Shown here: positions 1 through 12,600 of the stretch, piece after piece
How positions within the stretch are numbered: position 1 is the first letter of the stretch
How the letters are laid out: every line of letters starts with the position of its first letter
Assembly: GCA_043228905.1 (NCBI GenBank)
Contig: JBHGNT010000009.1
Location: 8,928,001 to 8,992,000 of the forward strand
Source of the DNA: Azolla caroliniana
Taxonomy: Eukaryota > Plantae > Polypodiophyta
Length of the DNA: 64,000 nucleotides
Direction: 5' to 3'
The notes under the pieces: generated by a model
Databases searched by the model: none
What the model saw: the letters and a program-made list of their open reading frames with translations, nothing else
Told to the model about the DNA's origin: nothing
Position numbers and translations under genes: made by a program

Positions 1-385
1 AAATTCGACTGAGGAGATTTCCTTATACTCCTACTGTATGTGGACGACATGTTGATTGTCGGAAAGGACCATATCAAGATCTGAATGCTGAAGAAGGCTT
101 TAAGTAGGTCATTCTCAATGAAGGATATGGGTTCGGCAAAATAGATCTTGGGAATGCACATTCGCTAGGACTAGACAAAGAGGTTATTGTGGTTGTCACA
201 GGAGAAGGACGTTACAAAACTCCTCCAGAGATTCAACATGGAAAGCGCGAGACTGGTCTGCTCGACAGTCCCGACAACATCAAGATATCCGGGAGTCAAT
301 GTCCGACGACAAAGGCGGGGAAAGATGAGATGAGTAAGGTCTCGTATGCCTCAACAGTCAGAAGCCTAATGTACATGATGGTATG
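1..385 (+). mobile_element. Degenerate Ty1/copia (Tork/Tnt1-like) RT fragment, 5' part; continues at 6979
   Basis: Reads GDFLILLLYVDDMLIVG...SLMYMMVC with stops; interrupted at GTATG (381-385) by the gypsy element. Confidence 0.85.
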
Positions 386-1040
386 TGATGAGGAGAGATA
401 GTAGAGAAGAGAAGAGGAAGAGAAAAGAATACTTTAATATATTATTAGGAAAACAATACAATCTCATGGACTCTAAAATGAACAACCCCACCAAAGAACT
501 ACGTTAATCTTAATGACCCTAATCGATAATAGTAGTTTCTTTTTCTCTCTTTCTTCCCCTAAGATTCCTTTCACTTCATCTAGCCTTCTTATTCTTCCTC
601 CCTTAATTGCTAAGAATTCCTTCCTATTTATATGTTTTTAGTTGCGTTATTCTTGCTTTTTTCTTTTATTTTCTTTTATTACATATCCTCGAGTTTATGT
701 GAGACATTTTTTTATATTACTAGTTTAGCTTTGTCATCCCAAATTTGTTATACAAGAAATCTCTCTATGTCAGCTTTCTTACGAATCTTTTCTTTTGAAT
801 TTTGGATATGAGATGAGTAAGTTATGTCAAGCTTTTTTCTTTGCCCTGCTTTTTCTGCCTTTTTTTCTACGTCTTTTTTTCTGCTTTTTCTACTTTTGAA
901 AATCGCCTCTAACATAATATCCCTTCAATTTCCTTCGTCTTTTAACTCTTGAACCTTTCATATCGCGCTTTATTCTTATACACCTAAGCATCCAATGTAT
1001 TTGCCACGGTCTTTTCTTACGAGCAAAATTTGACTTCACA
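386..1040 (-). repeat. 3' LTR of Tat element
   Basis: TGATGAGG...GACTTCACA; direct repeat of 6077-6978. Confidence 0.9.
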
Positions 1041-1223
1041 TTTAGCCCCCCTCCTTGTGTGTTAAGCAAACCATTTATGGTGACCCTAAAAAAGAAAATG
1101 AAAAAATTCCTTCACCTTATGGTAGGCTATAGACAAAAACCCCGTTAAGCGGTGGGAAAAAAATTCACTCCTACATAAACAAAAATTTAAAACATGGCAA
1201 CGATATGAAAGGAGGATCATGAA

Positions 1224-4200
1224 TTAGTTGGGGAATATGCTTGGGGACAAATCCACTTCTTGAATATCCTTATTCATTATAGAAATGTAGGTAGGTCCAC
1301 GATTCACGTACTTCTTTAGGTGCCACCCATTCACACGTAGTTTATGAAGAGTCCCATCCAAGTTCTTGAGTTGATAACTTCCATTGTCAAAGCAATCATG
1401 CACCACAAAAGGTCCTTCCCAATGGTTGATCATCTTTCGTCCATTTATATTGTCAAAATGGTTGTCATAGTGAAGGACAAGAGACCCCTTTGAAAAAGAA
1501 TCTTTTCTTGACCTTTTATCATAATACTTCTTCCTCCTCCAAGCCTGTTGTATATAATGCTTCATTGCTTCCTCCCTTGAATATTGTAGAATATGGTTTT
1601 GTGACAACCTATCCATCATGAAGCATTCTTCATCATGTAGAGATGCTCTTAAAAGTCGATTGCTTTTAATTTGAAGTTCAATTGAAATAAAGCTTCTTGT
1701 CCATACACTAAGAAGAAAGGTGTAAAACCTGTGGATGACTTATATGATATACGATAGGCCCATAGAGCATCATCAAGGAACTTATCCCATGCTCTTATTC
1801 TATTTGTTACAAGTTTTTGAAGATTTTTAACCAAAATACCATTTACCTTTTCGACTACTCCATTAGCTTGAGGATAATAAGGAGTAGAATACCTATGTTT
1901 GATCTTTAACCTTTCTAATAAGCAAGCCAATACTTCACCACGAAAACTTGGACCATGATCAGATACAATCTCTAGCGGTACACCAAATCTCGTACAAATA
2001 TTATCGTAGAAGAATTGAGCCACATCCCTTGCTTTAATCGAGGATGTTACCGTTGCTTCTACCCACTTAGTCATGTAATCAATAGCTACCAATATGAACT
2101 CTTTACCACTTTGGGTTCTTGGAAGGGGACCCACCGCATCAATTCCCCATTTTTCAAAGGGAGCAAAAACCACAATAGGATGCAAAGGGCCCGCTTGAAG
2201 TCTTGCCTTTTGGCAAGCATCACACGACTTGCACCATTCATGTATATCTTTGTGGATAGAAGGCCATGTAAAACCTGTTAATAATTTTTTTCTCAAGATG
2301 ATATCATGAGAAAAATGCCCTCCACAAGCCATCTAATGCATCTTTTGTAAGATCTCCACAATTTCCTCCTTAATAGGCACTCGTCGTATAACAACATCTT
2401 TGTCTTTATGATATAAGTCCTTATCCACCATTATATATTGGGACACTCTCACCACCAATCGTTTTCTTTGTATAGGATAAAAACCTTTAGGAAAATCACC
2501 ACCATTAAGAAACTCACATACCTCCATAAGAGATGTCGCATCTTTACACTCTTCCAAGACGCATATTGTATCAAGTTTCAATTTCTTTAATTGATCTTGA
2601 GCAAGTGCATCAGCCTCTTTATTGTCCAAATGACTTACATGTTTTAGTTGAACTTTATGGAAACACTTAGTTAAAGTCAGTGCCTCAAAAAATGTATGTA
2701 AGCCATGTGTGTGCACGGTCTCTTCATTAGGGTCTTTAATAACGAAGCCTCCAACTGCCGAATGTGTCGCCTTACAAAAAGCTCCATCAAAGAACAATAT
2801 GAAAGCATCCTCCATATTTGGTTCATGAAGAGCTTCTCTTATCTTTGCCAATTCCTCCTCACAAAGGTTTTCTCTAAAAGTGAGAAGATCCGCCAACTCT
2901 GCACGCATGGTAGACTCAAGCTTAACCTCAAAATCATATTCAACTAATTGGAGCACCCATTTCATAATCCTAGCTGATACACTAACATATTGGAGAACAT
3001 ATGGTAGCAAGGGCATACCGGTGATGATTACAAAGTGTTGGGAAATTAGAAAACTCCTCAACATTTTGCATGCATAAATTAGGGTTAACATCCACTTCTC
3101 TATATCCATGAAAGTCTTTTCCACATCACTTATGGCTCTACTAATAAAGTGAATCGGATGCATAAGTTTATTATGAGGATCTTGTTGCATAAGAATAACA
3201 CCAATAGCATGAGAACTAACAAGAAGAGAAAGGAAGAAAGTGGAACTACTATTAGGAGGCTTAAGGATAGGAGCTTTGATAATAGATCCCTTATTTGTAT
3301 CAAAATTTTCATCTAGAAAAGGATTCCATACAAATACATTGGTACATAGGATGACTCTAAACGGATAAAGTACTTGGGCTAGCATATGGATAAACCTTTC
3401 AAAATAACGCACCTTTTGTACAAATGTTTCCAATGACTTAATATCGTTTGGGTAACGTAGAGTTTCCAGTGCCTTAATCTTTGATGGATCCATCTTGACT
3501 CCTTGAAGAGATACCATATGTCCAAGCATCACTACCTCTTTTTCACCAATGCGACACCTATATGCAAAACAACCCCAAGGAGTAATAAAAATTATTTTTC
3601 TTTGGTCTTCTTCGGCGATTCTTATTTGAAAATAACCAGAGTAACCATCGCAAACTGTGTATAGCTCATGCCCATCAATCTCATCCAAAATCTCATCTTG
3701 GAAAGGATGTGGAAAATGATCTTATTTTGTTGAAGCATTCAAGGGTTTGAAGTCGACACATACCCGCCACTTGCCATTCTTTTTTGGAACTACAACAACT
3801 AGTGACAGCCACTCAGAATCCTCCACGGGGTAAATGAAACCCGCTCTCAATAATGCTTTGACCTCCTTTAAAAGAGCTTCCTTTTGTACCATACCTAATC
3901 AGAGAAGCTTTTGAGCAACGAGTACTCTTCCTTCCTTTAAATTGATGTGATGCTTGATGACATCTACTCCTCTTATATGTGAATAGTCATTTATGAATAA
4001 TTTGGAAGCTTAGAAAGAAGAGAAATAAACCTTTGACACTCTTCTCCTTGGATATCTTTGGAAATCATCTTCTCTTTCTCCTCCAAGGTGATAATGCTTT
4101 CTTCTTCAATGCCTTCTCCTTCGTCCTTAGACGCCACATAGGATGTATTTTCCTCCCAATCCATCGAAGATTCCACACTTGATAAGCTTTCCCTTTCTTG

Positions 4201-5973
4201 CTCACTATTGTAGGAAGACGAGTCTTTCTCCTTTTCACCTTTAATTACTCGGTGTCGATGAATGTCGTAGAAGATGTTGAACCCCTCTGATGGTGATAAG
4301 GTCATGATATCATTACTCCAATCCTGGATTACATTTAACTCTTGCATCCAAGGTCTTCCTAATACTAAGGAAAAAGATGGCCCTTTAAGAGGTATGGCAT
4401 GAAAATCCATTCAATAACCACATCTTCTATAATTCCCAAACAAGGAACCAAACCTCCATCAGCTACAACTACTTTAGCCGAGGACTTCTTACACCACTAT
4501 CTACCACAGATATAAGGCTTACTCTTGCACCACTATCTACCAAGGCATCCTTAATTAAAAAACCGTTGATGGTTACCGGGATAGTTGGTTGAATATCCTT
4601 TTGATCTTTCACTTGCACAACTCTTGCATAATGTAACATCCTTACGCTCTTTCATATACTCAATAGGCGTTCCTACTCCTTTCGTAGCGATGGTCTACTA
4701 GAGATCGAACGGTGAAAGTTGGAGAAGTTGTGGCCAAGTGATGCGTGGTCTACTAGAGATTAGCTCTTGCTTCAGATCGAACGGTTCCACACCTTTCCCT
4801 ATCGACATTTCATCAATTTTAATCTTTCTTCGCGAATGTTTCTTTCTAGGTCCATCCTCCAAGTTAGTTTCCTTAGCCGTCTTCTTTTGTTGAGAGTTAC
4901 TAGTCTCTCCTTCCACTGCTATATTTTTTTGTGATTCCCTAGTTCTCTTTAGAGGTGCAATATCACATTCTTCATCGGTATCATACATAAAGTCAAGAAG
5001 ATTTACATTAGGGGGAATTGTTGGAATTTGAGTTGCGATGTTTTCCCCTCCTGCCACTTGTGTGTTGAGTTGGTTAATATTATTGTTTTGATTGCCTTGC
5101 AGTTGGTGCATGTCTCGACCCCAACCACCTTGTCTTCGGGAAGGACATTGTGTTGATATGTGCCCTCGACACCACTTGTGTAGCACACAACCACTCTTCT
5201 TTCCCGTGGAGAATCTTGAGTTGACTTACATTAAAATTCACTTGCATTTGTTAGATTTGTCCACTAACTTCATCCAAATGCCGATTTAATTGCTCTGAGA
5301 AATCCCCTTCTAATTTTGGTGGAATAGTTTCTTACATTATGGGGGTATTAGTTTAGGATGTTGTTGTTGGACATGTCATAAAAACATTAGGAAACACTTG
5401 TCTACCATGTAATATTGATGATTGATTAAGAATAGGGGATGCAATTAGATTACCTCCAATTGCCGCCACTGTCGAATCGGCTCCTGCTTGTAGAACCATG
5501 ATTTGTCTATTGTAAGCTTGACAAGTTTGCACGAGCGCTTGGAAAGTCATAGGATTCTTTAGATTTGCTTCCAACGCAAAGTGCAGACTTAATCCCGCTT
5601 TAAAGCGGTCCATCTTAAACTATTCATCCTCTGTACCCCCACGTAATCGAATCCATGTAGTCCAAAGGTCAATAAACTCCCTCTCGTAATCGTTATACTC
5701 CATTGTCGAGGACATCCGCAAACAAAAGAGTTCCTCCCACATTTCCGTTGCATTACGACGTCTAATATACTTTGCTTTAAATGGTTGCACCAATAGTTGG
5801 TAATTAACTTGTTGGTTAGTTTGCAAGGACTCATACCAATCCCTTATTCGTCCATAAAAAGTGGCCACCAATAGAGGCAACTTCAAATCTATCATCTTCC
5901 CTATTGATACTGTTGTGGCCAAGAATGCTCCCGCCGGCCAAGAATGCTTGGACCCCATCACCTGCAAAAGCAA
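1224..5973 (-). pseudogene. Fragmented gag-pol polyprotein of Tat element
   Basis: ORF pieces: 5620-5973 and 5353-5613 (gag), 4698-5186, 3991-4410 (PR end LGRPW), 2333-3688 (RT/RH/aRH), 1649-2332 (INT core), 1224-1619 (INT C-terminus WEGPF). Confidence 0.85.
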
Positions 5974-6076
5974 ATTGAAAAGCCATATTGGCTAAAAATA
6001 AGACTTTCCAATAATATAGAAATAATCCGCCTTCCCTCTGATACAAAAAGAATCGACCCTCCCTAGAGCGCCAAAA

Positions 6077-6978
6077 TGATGAGGAGTGATAGAACAATGA
6101 TAGAGAAGAGACGAGGAAGAGAAAAGAATACTTCAATATATTATTAGGAAAACAATACAATCTTCTTGGACTCTAAAAAGAACAACCCCACCAAAGAACT
6201 ACATTAATCTTAATGACCCTAATCGATAATAGTATTTTCTTCTTCTCTCTTTCTTCTACTAAGATTCCTTTCACTTCTTCTAGCCTTCTTATTGATCCTC
6301 CTTCCTTAATTGCTAAGAATACCTTCCTATTTATAGGTTTTTAGTTGCGTTATTCTTGCTTTTTTCTTGTATTTTCTTTCTTTACATATCCTCGAGTTTA
6401 TGTGAGTCATTTTTTTATATTACTAGTTTAGCTTTGTCATCCCAAATTTGTCATACAAGAAAGCTCTCTTTGTCAGCTTTCTTACGAATCTTTTCTTTTG
6501 AAATTTTCATTTCTTCTAGCCTTCTTATTCTTCCTCCTTCATTTATTGCTAAGAATACCTTCCTATTTATAGGTTTTTAGTTGCGTTATTCTTGCTTTTT
6601 TCTTGTATCTTCTTTTTTTTACATATCCTCGAGTTTATGTGAGTCATTTTTTTTATATTACTAATTTAGTTTTGTCATCCCAAATTTTTCATACAAGAAA
6701 TCTCTCTTTGTCAACTTTCTTACAAATATTTTCTTTTGAAATTTGGATATGAGATGAAGAAGTTATGAGCTTTTTTCTCTGTCCTGCTTTTTCTGCCTTT
6801 TTTCTACGTCTTTTTTTTTTGCTTTTTCTACTTTTAAAAAACGCCTCTAACTTAATATCCCTTCAAGTTCCTTTGTCTTTTAACTCTTGAACCTTTCATA
6901 TCGTGTTTTATTCTTATTCACCTTAGCATCCAATGTATTTTCCACGGTCTTTTCTTACGAGCAAAATTTGACTTCATA
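6077..6978 (-). repeat. 5' LTR of Tat element, with ~236-bp internal tandem duplication
   Basis: Matches 386-1040, but the block ~6271-6506 is repeated at ~6507-6743. Confidence 0.9.
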
Positions 6979-7645
6979 GTATGTACTAGGCTAGACATCG
7001 GATACGTAGTTGGAGTCGTCAGCCGGTATATGAGCAATCTTGGAAGAGAGCATTTGGATGTGGTGAAGTGGATACTCTGATACTTGAGAGGCACCTCGAG
7101 TGTCTGCCTCCGATTTGGCTCAGGTAACCCCACATTGGAAGGTTGATGTGAATACTCACCAATCCATGTCTGGATACATAATGACTTATGTAGGGGGAGC
7201 TGTCTCATGGCAATGGAGGTTGCAGAAGGTTGTGGTGTTGTCAACCACATAAGCTGAATACGTGGCTGGTGTCGAAGCTGGCAAGGAAATAATTTGGATG
7301 AAGGAGTTTATCGAAGAATTAGGGATTCGATAGGAGGAATTCCGACTCTACGGCAACAACCAAAGTGTTATCGACCTTGCGAAGAATGCTGCCTACCACT
7401 CGAGGACCAAACACATCCAGAGGAGATACCATTAGCTTCGAGAGTGAGTAGAAGAAAATGAGTTTTCTTTGATGAAGATCCACACAACGGAGAACGGATT
7501 GGATATGCTAACAAAGGTGTTGTCGATAGAGAAGCCGCTCACATGTTGACAAAGGGTCGTATTGACAAAGCACATATTGTTTGTAAATAGCCCATATTGT
7601 ATATGGAGTATAAGTATAAATATAGTTAAGGCAAGTAGTCAGGGT
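6979..7645 (+). mobile_element. Continuation of the copia RT-RNase H fragment plus probable LTR remnant
   Basis: CTRLDIGYVVGVVSRYMSN...AAYHSRTKHIQRRY; joins position 385 once the TSD is removed. Confidence 0.8.
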
Positions 7646-8462
7646 ATGGGGACCAACCCAAATGACAACATTTGGTGGTTGCCGATACTACGTGACATTC
7701 ATTGATGATTTCTCTAGGCACACCTAGATATTCCCAATGCGGTAGAAGAGTGAAGTGTTCTCGCACTTCCAAAAATTCAAAAACGAAGCCAAAAAGGCAA
7801 CGGTCAACATGTCTGATGCCTTCGATTGGAAGGAAACAAGGAGTATTTCTTAGATGCCTTCACAACATATCCTCGACAAGAAGGAATTTGGTGGGAGTTC
7901 ACTTGATGACACACACCTCAGTAGAGTAGAGTGGCCGAACAAAAGAATTGGCATATACTCGAGGTGGCAAGGGCAATGATGAATGAGAAACATCTGCTGA
8001 GATCATACTAGGTTGAAGCATTGAACACGACTGTCTATCTAATGAATCATTGCACAACATCTAGAGTACACTATGTCACCCCCCACGAGAAGTTCTATGG
8101 AAAGAAATCAGACCTATTCCACGTCAGGATATTTGGCTAGATTGCATACGTGCACATTCCCGACGAAAAGCGGCAAAAGCTAGATCCCAAGTTGAAGAAA
8201 TGTATCCTCATGGGGTACTCACTCGAATAAAAAGGGAATAAATGCTTCAACCCCTCTACCAAGAAGGTATGAGTGAGTAGGGATGTCATATTCAACGAGT
8301 CAACATCTTGGTACACAGTTGACCTAGCTCCATCTGATCCAATCGAAACCGATTTCGATGTAGAATTGAAGGAGGATGACCGACTAAGGCTCATGCCAGA
8401 GGAGAGTCCAATCTCAACCAAGCTGAGTGGACCGCAGGAGCCTCTAAATGACCAAATCACAT
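7646..8462 (+). mobile_element. Copia K integrase fragment (host of gypsy J)
   Basis: WGPTQMTTFGGCRYYVTFIDDFSR...SRDVIFNESTSWY; same family as the D integrase at 34330-35000. Confidence 0.8.
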
Positions 8463-9179
8463 TGTCGTGAAGGATTCCGGCCATAGAGAGAAACAGAGCC
8501 AAGAACACGCGAGTGGGTGTGTGCACCAATGCATATGAATAAAGTATTATGTACAAACATAATGTAAATAACATAGGACTAGTAAGTACTAGGTAGTAGG
8601 ATTTAATGAGGTACTTTAAAGTCCCACACGCATAGAAAGAAATCAAGGGGGGGGGGGGAGGGGATCTCTGACACCGATCACGATGTAAATGTCTCCCCTT
8701 GTGCTATAAAAGGGGAGGCTTGAGCCTACTTTACGGGGGGGACGAAAAAGGAGAACGAAGTGCTATCGGTTTGAGTGCCAAGCTCTCTCTCTCTCTCTCT
8801 CTCTGTTTGTGTTTTGTGTTGATTCAGGAAGAAGGTGAAGCCTCTGCTCGTGCAGGTAGCCCGTGAGCTCCCGACCAGAGGTTCATCATTCTGTGTGCAT
8901 TTATGGTGGATGTAATTCAAAGTCCCACAGTTGGCTGAGTCCGGTTGTAATCCTTTCGATCAATTATTTAATCTATTCGTCTTCATTTTGTTCGATTGCT
9001 CTATGTGTGTTGAGAACGCATCCCCATCCCATGACTGTTTGTCCCTCGCGTTTGGCCTGAGCCTTGTGTTGTGTGCTCACAGTTGTCATCTGGACGGGCT
9101 TCCTACTCCCTCTAGCTCCTTCGTTCGAGACCCCCGTGGTCCTACCCGTTTCAACATGTACCCGTAGAAAACCGCGACA
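8463..9179 (+). repeat. 5' LTR of gypsy J
   Basis: Inverted termini TGTCG/CGACA, TATAAAA near 8706, followed by PBS; 3' end resembles the LTRs of element I. Confidence 0.8.
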
Positions 9180-9183
9180 TCTT

Positions 9184-9201
9184 TGGTGAACCCGACGTGA
9201 A
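9184..9201 (+). promoter_or_regulatory. Primer-binding site complementary to tRNA-Trp 3' end
   Basis: TGGTGAACCCGACGTGAA is the reverse complement of the plant cytosolic tRNA-Trp 3' end as I recall it; identical copies at 30654-30671 and 40935-40952 (minus). Confidence 0.8.
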
Positions 9202-9664
9202 AGGGGCAGTAGGGGAGTCTGAAAATGAGGGGAAGTGAACTCGTTGAAGCGATGGTGGTGGTTGTCGACCGCTTGGTTAACGCTTGAGAGAGGACTAGTG
9301 GCCTCGATAGGGCCGTGGAAACAGTAGTCGGCATGGCATGGCAGGTTGATTCAACGGAAAGGACGTCAAAAACTACCTGGAGGCTTTCAAGGCTGAGACA
9401 TTGATGAGAGATGTTCTGGATGATAGACGGTTGTATGCGTTCCGATGGGTAGTTACGCCGAACATCCACGCAGAATTGCTCGAGATGCAGGCTACCTACC
9501 GAACTTGACAAGAGTTTGAGGAGCGGCTCCTCGAAAGATACAGTTTTGATAACTCGCTCCGCTTATTGAAGAAGGAACTAATGGAGTGGGTGGAGAGCCA
9601 TGGGAAGGGGAGGAACACATCGGTGCTCCTCCAAGAGTTCGAAAGACGATTCGCGTGGCTCTCA

Positions 9665-12600
9665 TGTTGGGAGACAGGTCCCTCCGGATGGGAAGGGAGA
9701 AGAACAGTGCCGACGAACAAACTCGGCTGAGGCCGACAGGCCGATGCCGAACCGGTATGAACCGGATGGGGAGTACCCGACTGCGGAGAACCGGATGTTG
9801 TAGGCCCGGTATGAACTGAATGGGGAGTACCCGACTACAGAGAGCCGGATGGGAGCCCATCGAAGCTACATTTGTAAATAGCCGAAAAGTCATATTAGTA
9901 TAAATATGACTTAGGGTAATCTTTTATGAGTGCGGTCGTTTTTTTGTTGTTGTTATTCTTCCTTGTTGGTGCAAGAAGAAGAGAGAGCGCGTAACTGTAC
10001 AGAGAGAGAGAGAGAGAGACGAGGTCGTTGCTTCTGTTGTAACCGCCGCCTGTGGCGAAGATCTGAGATCACTGAGGTTGTTGCCTCAGTGAACTCACTG
10101 TTGTATATTCCTACATAGTGACAGTTTGCAGCCTGTGGGCTGCCGTGGTTTTTCCCCTATTTTGGGGTTTTCCACGTAAACCTCCTGTGTACCCTTTCTC
10201 CCCTCTGTGTCGCGTTTCATTACTTGTTTTTCTGTGTATGAAAAGAATCTCGGTTGTGGCCGAGCGTCGGATATAAGGAACATCGAGTTCTCGTCAAGTG
10301 GTATCAGAGCGAAATCGACACAGAAAATGGACGAATCGTTTGGCGGCATGTTCAAGCTCACCGGCTCCAACTATTCAGTGTGGAAGTCGAAGATGAGGGA
10401 CATGCTCGTGGTTAAAGACCTCTGGCTGCCGGTTTAGTTCGGAGACAAGAGACCGGACAAAATCGACGCCGCGATATGGGAGGTGATGCACATGAAGACA
10501 ACGGCGTACATATGGTGCTTCATCGACATGAGCCTGTACAACAACTTCAATGAAGAGAGCAAGGCTCATGAGCTCTGGGAGAAGATCGGCATAATGTTCC
10601 AGAACAAAAATGCTGTCAATCAGGTGTCGGTATTCCGGAAGCTAGTAAGACTCCGGTACCAAGATGGCTCCAGCATGGCGGAGCATATGAATGCCTTCCA
10701 GGGGCTGATCCACCAGGCAACGTCATTGGAAGTACCTCTTGCTGATGAGGTCCTAGCGCTACTCCTGCTCGGTTCCCTCCCGGATAGCTGGGAGACGTTG
10801 GTTGTCACTTTGGGCAACGCCGGGCCGGAAGGAAAACGGTTATCCCTAGCAAGAGTAAAGTTGAGCTTGCTAGATGAGGAGGCTCGTCGGAAAGACAAAG
10901 ATACGAGCTCCGACTCTAAAGCGCTCCTTACTGAATCGGAACGCGGAAGACATAGAAACCGTAGTCCCCAGAAGCGGGAGAAGTCGGGGACACGGTCAAA
11001 GTCAAGGGGGAGGCCTACTTGTTTCTATTGCGGCAAGCCGGGACACTTCCAAAAGAACTGTCGGCATTTCCGAAAAGACAAGGAAACCGACGGTACCGAT
11101 TCGAAACAAACCCCGAACCGGAACGGTACAGACCGGAACGGTAAAGACCGGAGGGGGCCGGACCGGAAGGGAACGACGACAATTGCGGCAAGTGAAGAGG
11201 AGTTGATGCTCATCACCGAGGAGAGTGAGATAAACCATGCCGGCGACGAGATGACCTGGGTGGTAGACTCCGGAGCGTCGTTCCACCTTACCCCGGACCG
11301 GAAATGCTTCTCATCCTACTCAGCCGGTGATCATGGTTGTGTCCGGATGGGGAATGAAGGAACATGCCGAATTGTCGGCATAGGAGACGTGTGGCTGACA
11401 ACACCAACCGGATGCAAGTTGCTGTTGAAGGATGTCCGACACGTTCCGGAAGTTCGTCTGAACTTGATATCAGCTGGTCGGCTAGATGATGAAGGCTACA
11501 CGGGTAGCATCCGGAACGGTGTCATGAAGTTCAGCAAAGGGAGCCTGATTGTGGCTCGGGCCCGGAAGGTAAACACACTGTACCTGATGAATGCCCGGTT
11601 ATGTCCGGAAGAAGTGAACGTGGCTTCCGACACTGCCGGTGAGCTGTGGCACAAGAGGCTATGTCACATGAGTGAGAAGGGGATGAAGAGGCTTGGAGAC
11701 GACAACCTCATTCCAGTGAAGAACGTGCACTTAGAGAAGTGCACTGATTGTCTGGCCGGTAAGCAGAACCGGACCCCCTTCCGACCAAGGCCACCGATGA
11801 GACGTAATGCACTACTGGAGTTGGTGCATACGGATGTTTGTCAAGTAGACACGAAGTCACATGCCGGAGCGCAATACTTCATGACGTTCATAGATGACCA
11901 CAGCCGGAAGCTGTGGGCCACACCGCTGAAGACGAAGGATCAGGTGTTATCAGTCTTCAAAGAGCTCCATGCGAGGGTGGAAAGAGAAACCGGCCGGAAG
12001 CTGAAGGCGGTTCCTAGCAGATAACGGAGGAGAGTACCGGGGGCAGTTCGAGGAGTACTGCCGCTCGAAGGGAATCCGGCTCGAATTTACCGTGCCGAAG
12101 ACGCCGGAACTAAACGGACTGGCCGAGAGGATGAACCGGACCATAATGGAGAGGGTCCGGAGTATGCTAGCGCATGCAAAACTACCCAAGAAGTTTTGGG
12201 CTGAGGCACTGTTGACGGCGACATATGTGATAAACAGATCACCCTCAGTACCCTTGGACGGAGACACGCCACAGAGAGTATGGACCGGTAAGGAAGTGTT
12301 CTACCGGCATCTGAGGGTGTTCGGGTGTCTCGCGTACGTGCATGTAGCAAAGGACCGGAGAGGAAAGTTAGATCCAAAGACCCGACCATGCATATTCCTC
12401 GGTTACGGTGACGATGAGTTCGGCTACCGAGTGTGGGACCCGGTCGACAAGAAGGTATTCCGGAGTCGAGATATTATCTTCATGGAGGACAAGACGCTCG
12501 CCGACTGGGAGTCGGAGAAGAAGGTACTGAACTCCGAGTCGACCGGTAAGGATAGACTCTACAATGAGCAGACCCAACCGGCAAGAGACCGGTTAGCACT

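Larger units (their letters stand above)
386..6978 (-). mobile_element. Ty3/gypsy Tat-superclade element (gag-PR-RT-RH-aRH-INT), degenerate
   Basis: LTRs 386-1040 and 6077-6978; 5-bp TSD GTATG at 381-385 and 6979-6983; PBS-like TGGCGCTCTAGGGAGGG (minus, ~6057-6073); PPT AAGGAGGGGGGCTAAA (minus, 1041-1056); RT DGYSGYFQI; second RNase H FFDGA...NKEADALA; integrase WGIDAVGP...YPQANGVVE. Confidence 0.9.

Noticed and set aside
9184-9201. tRNA-Trp gene
   Set aside because: Only the 18-nt complement including CCA, next to an LTR, so it is a PBS.
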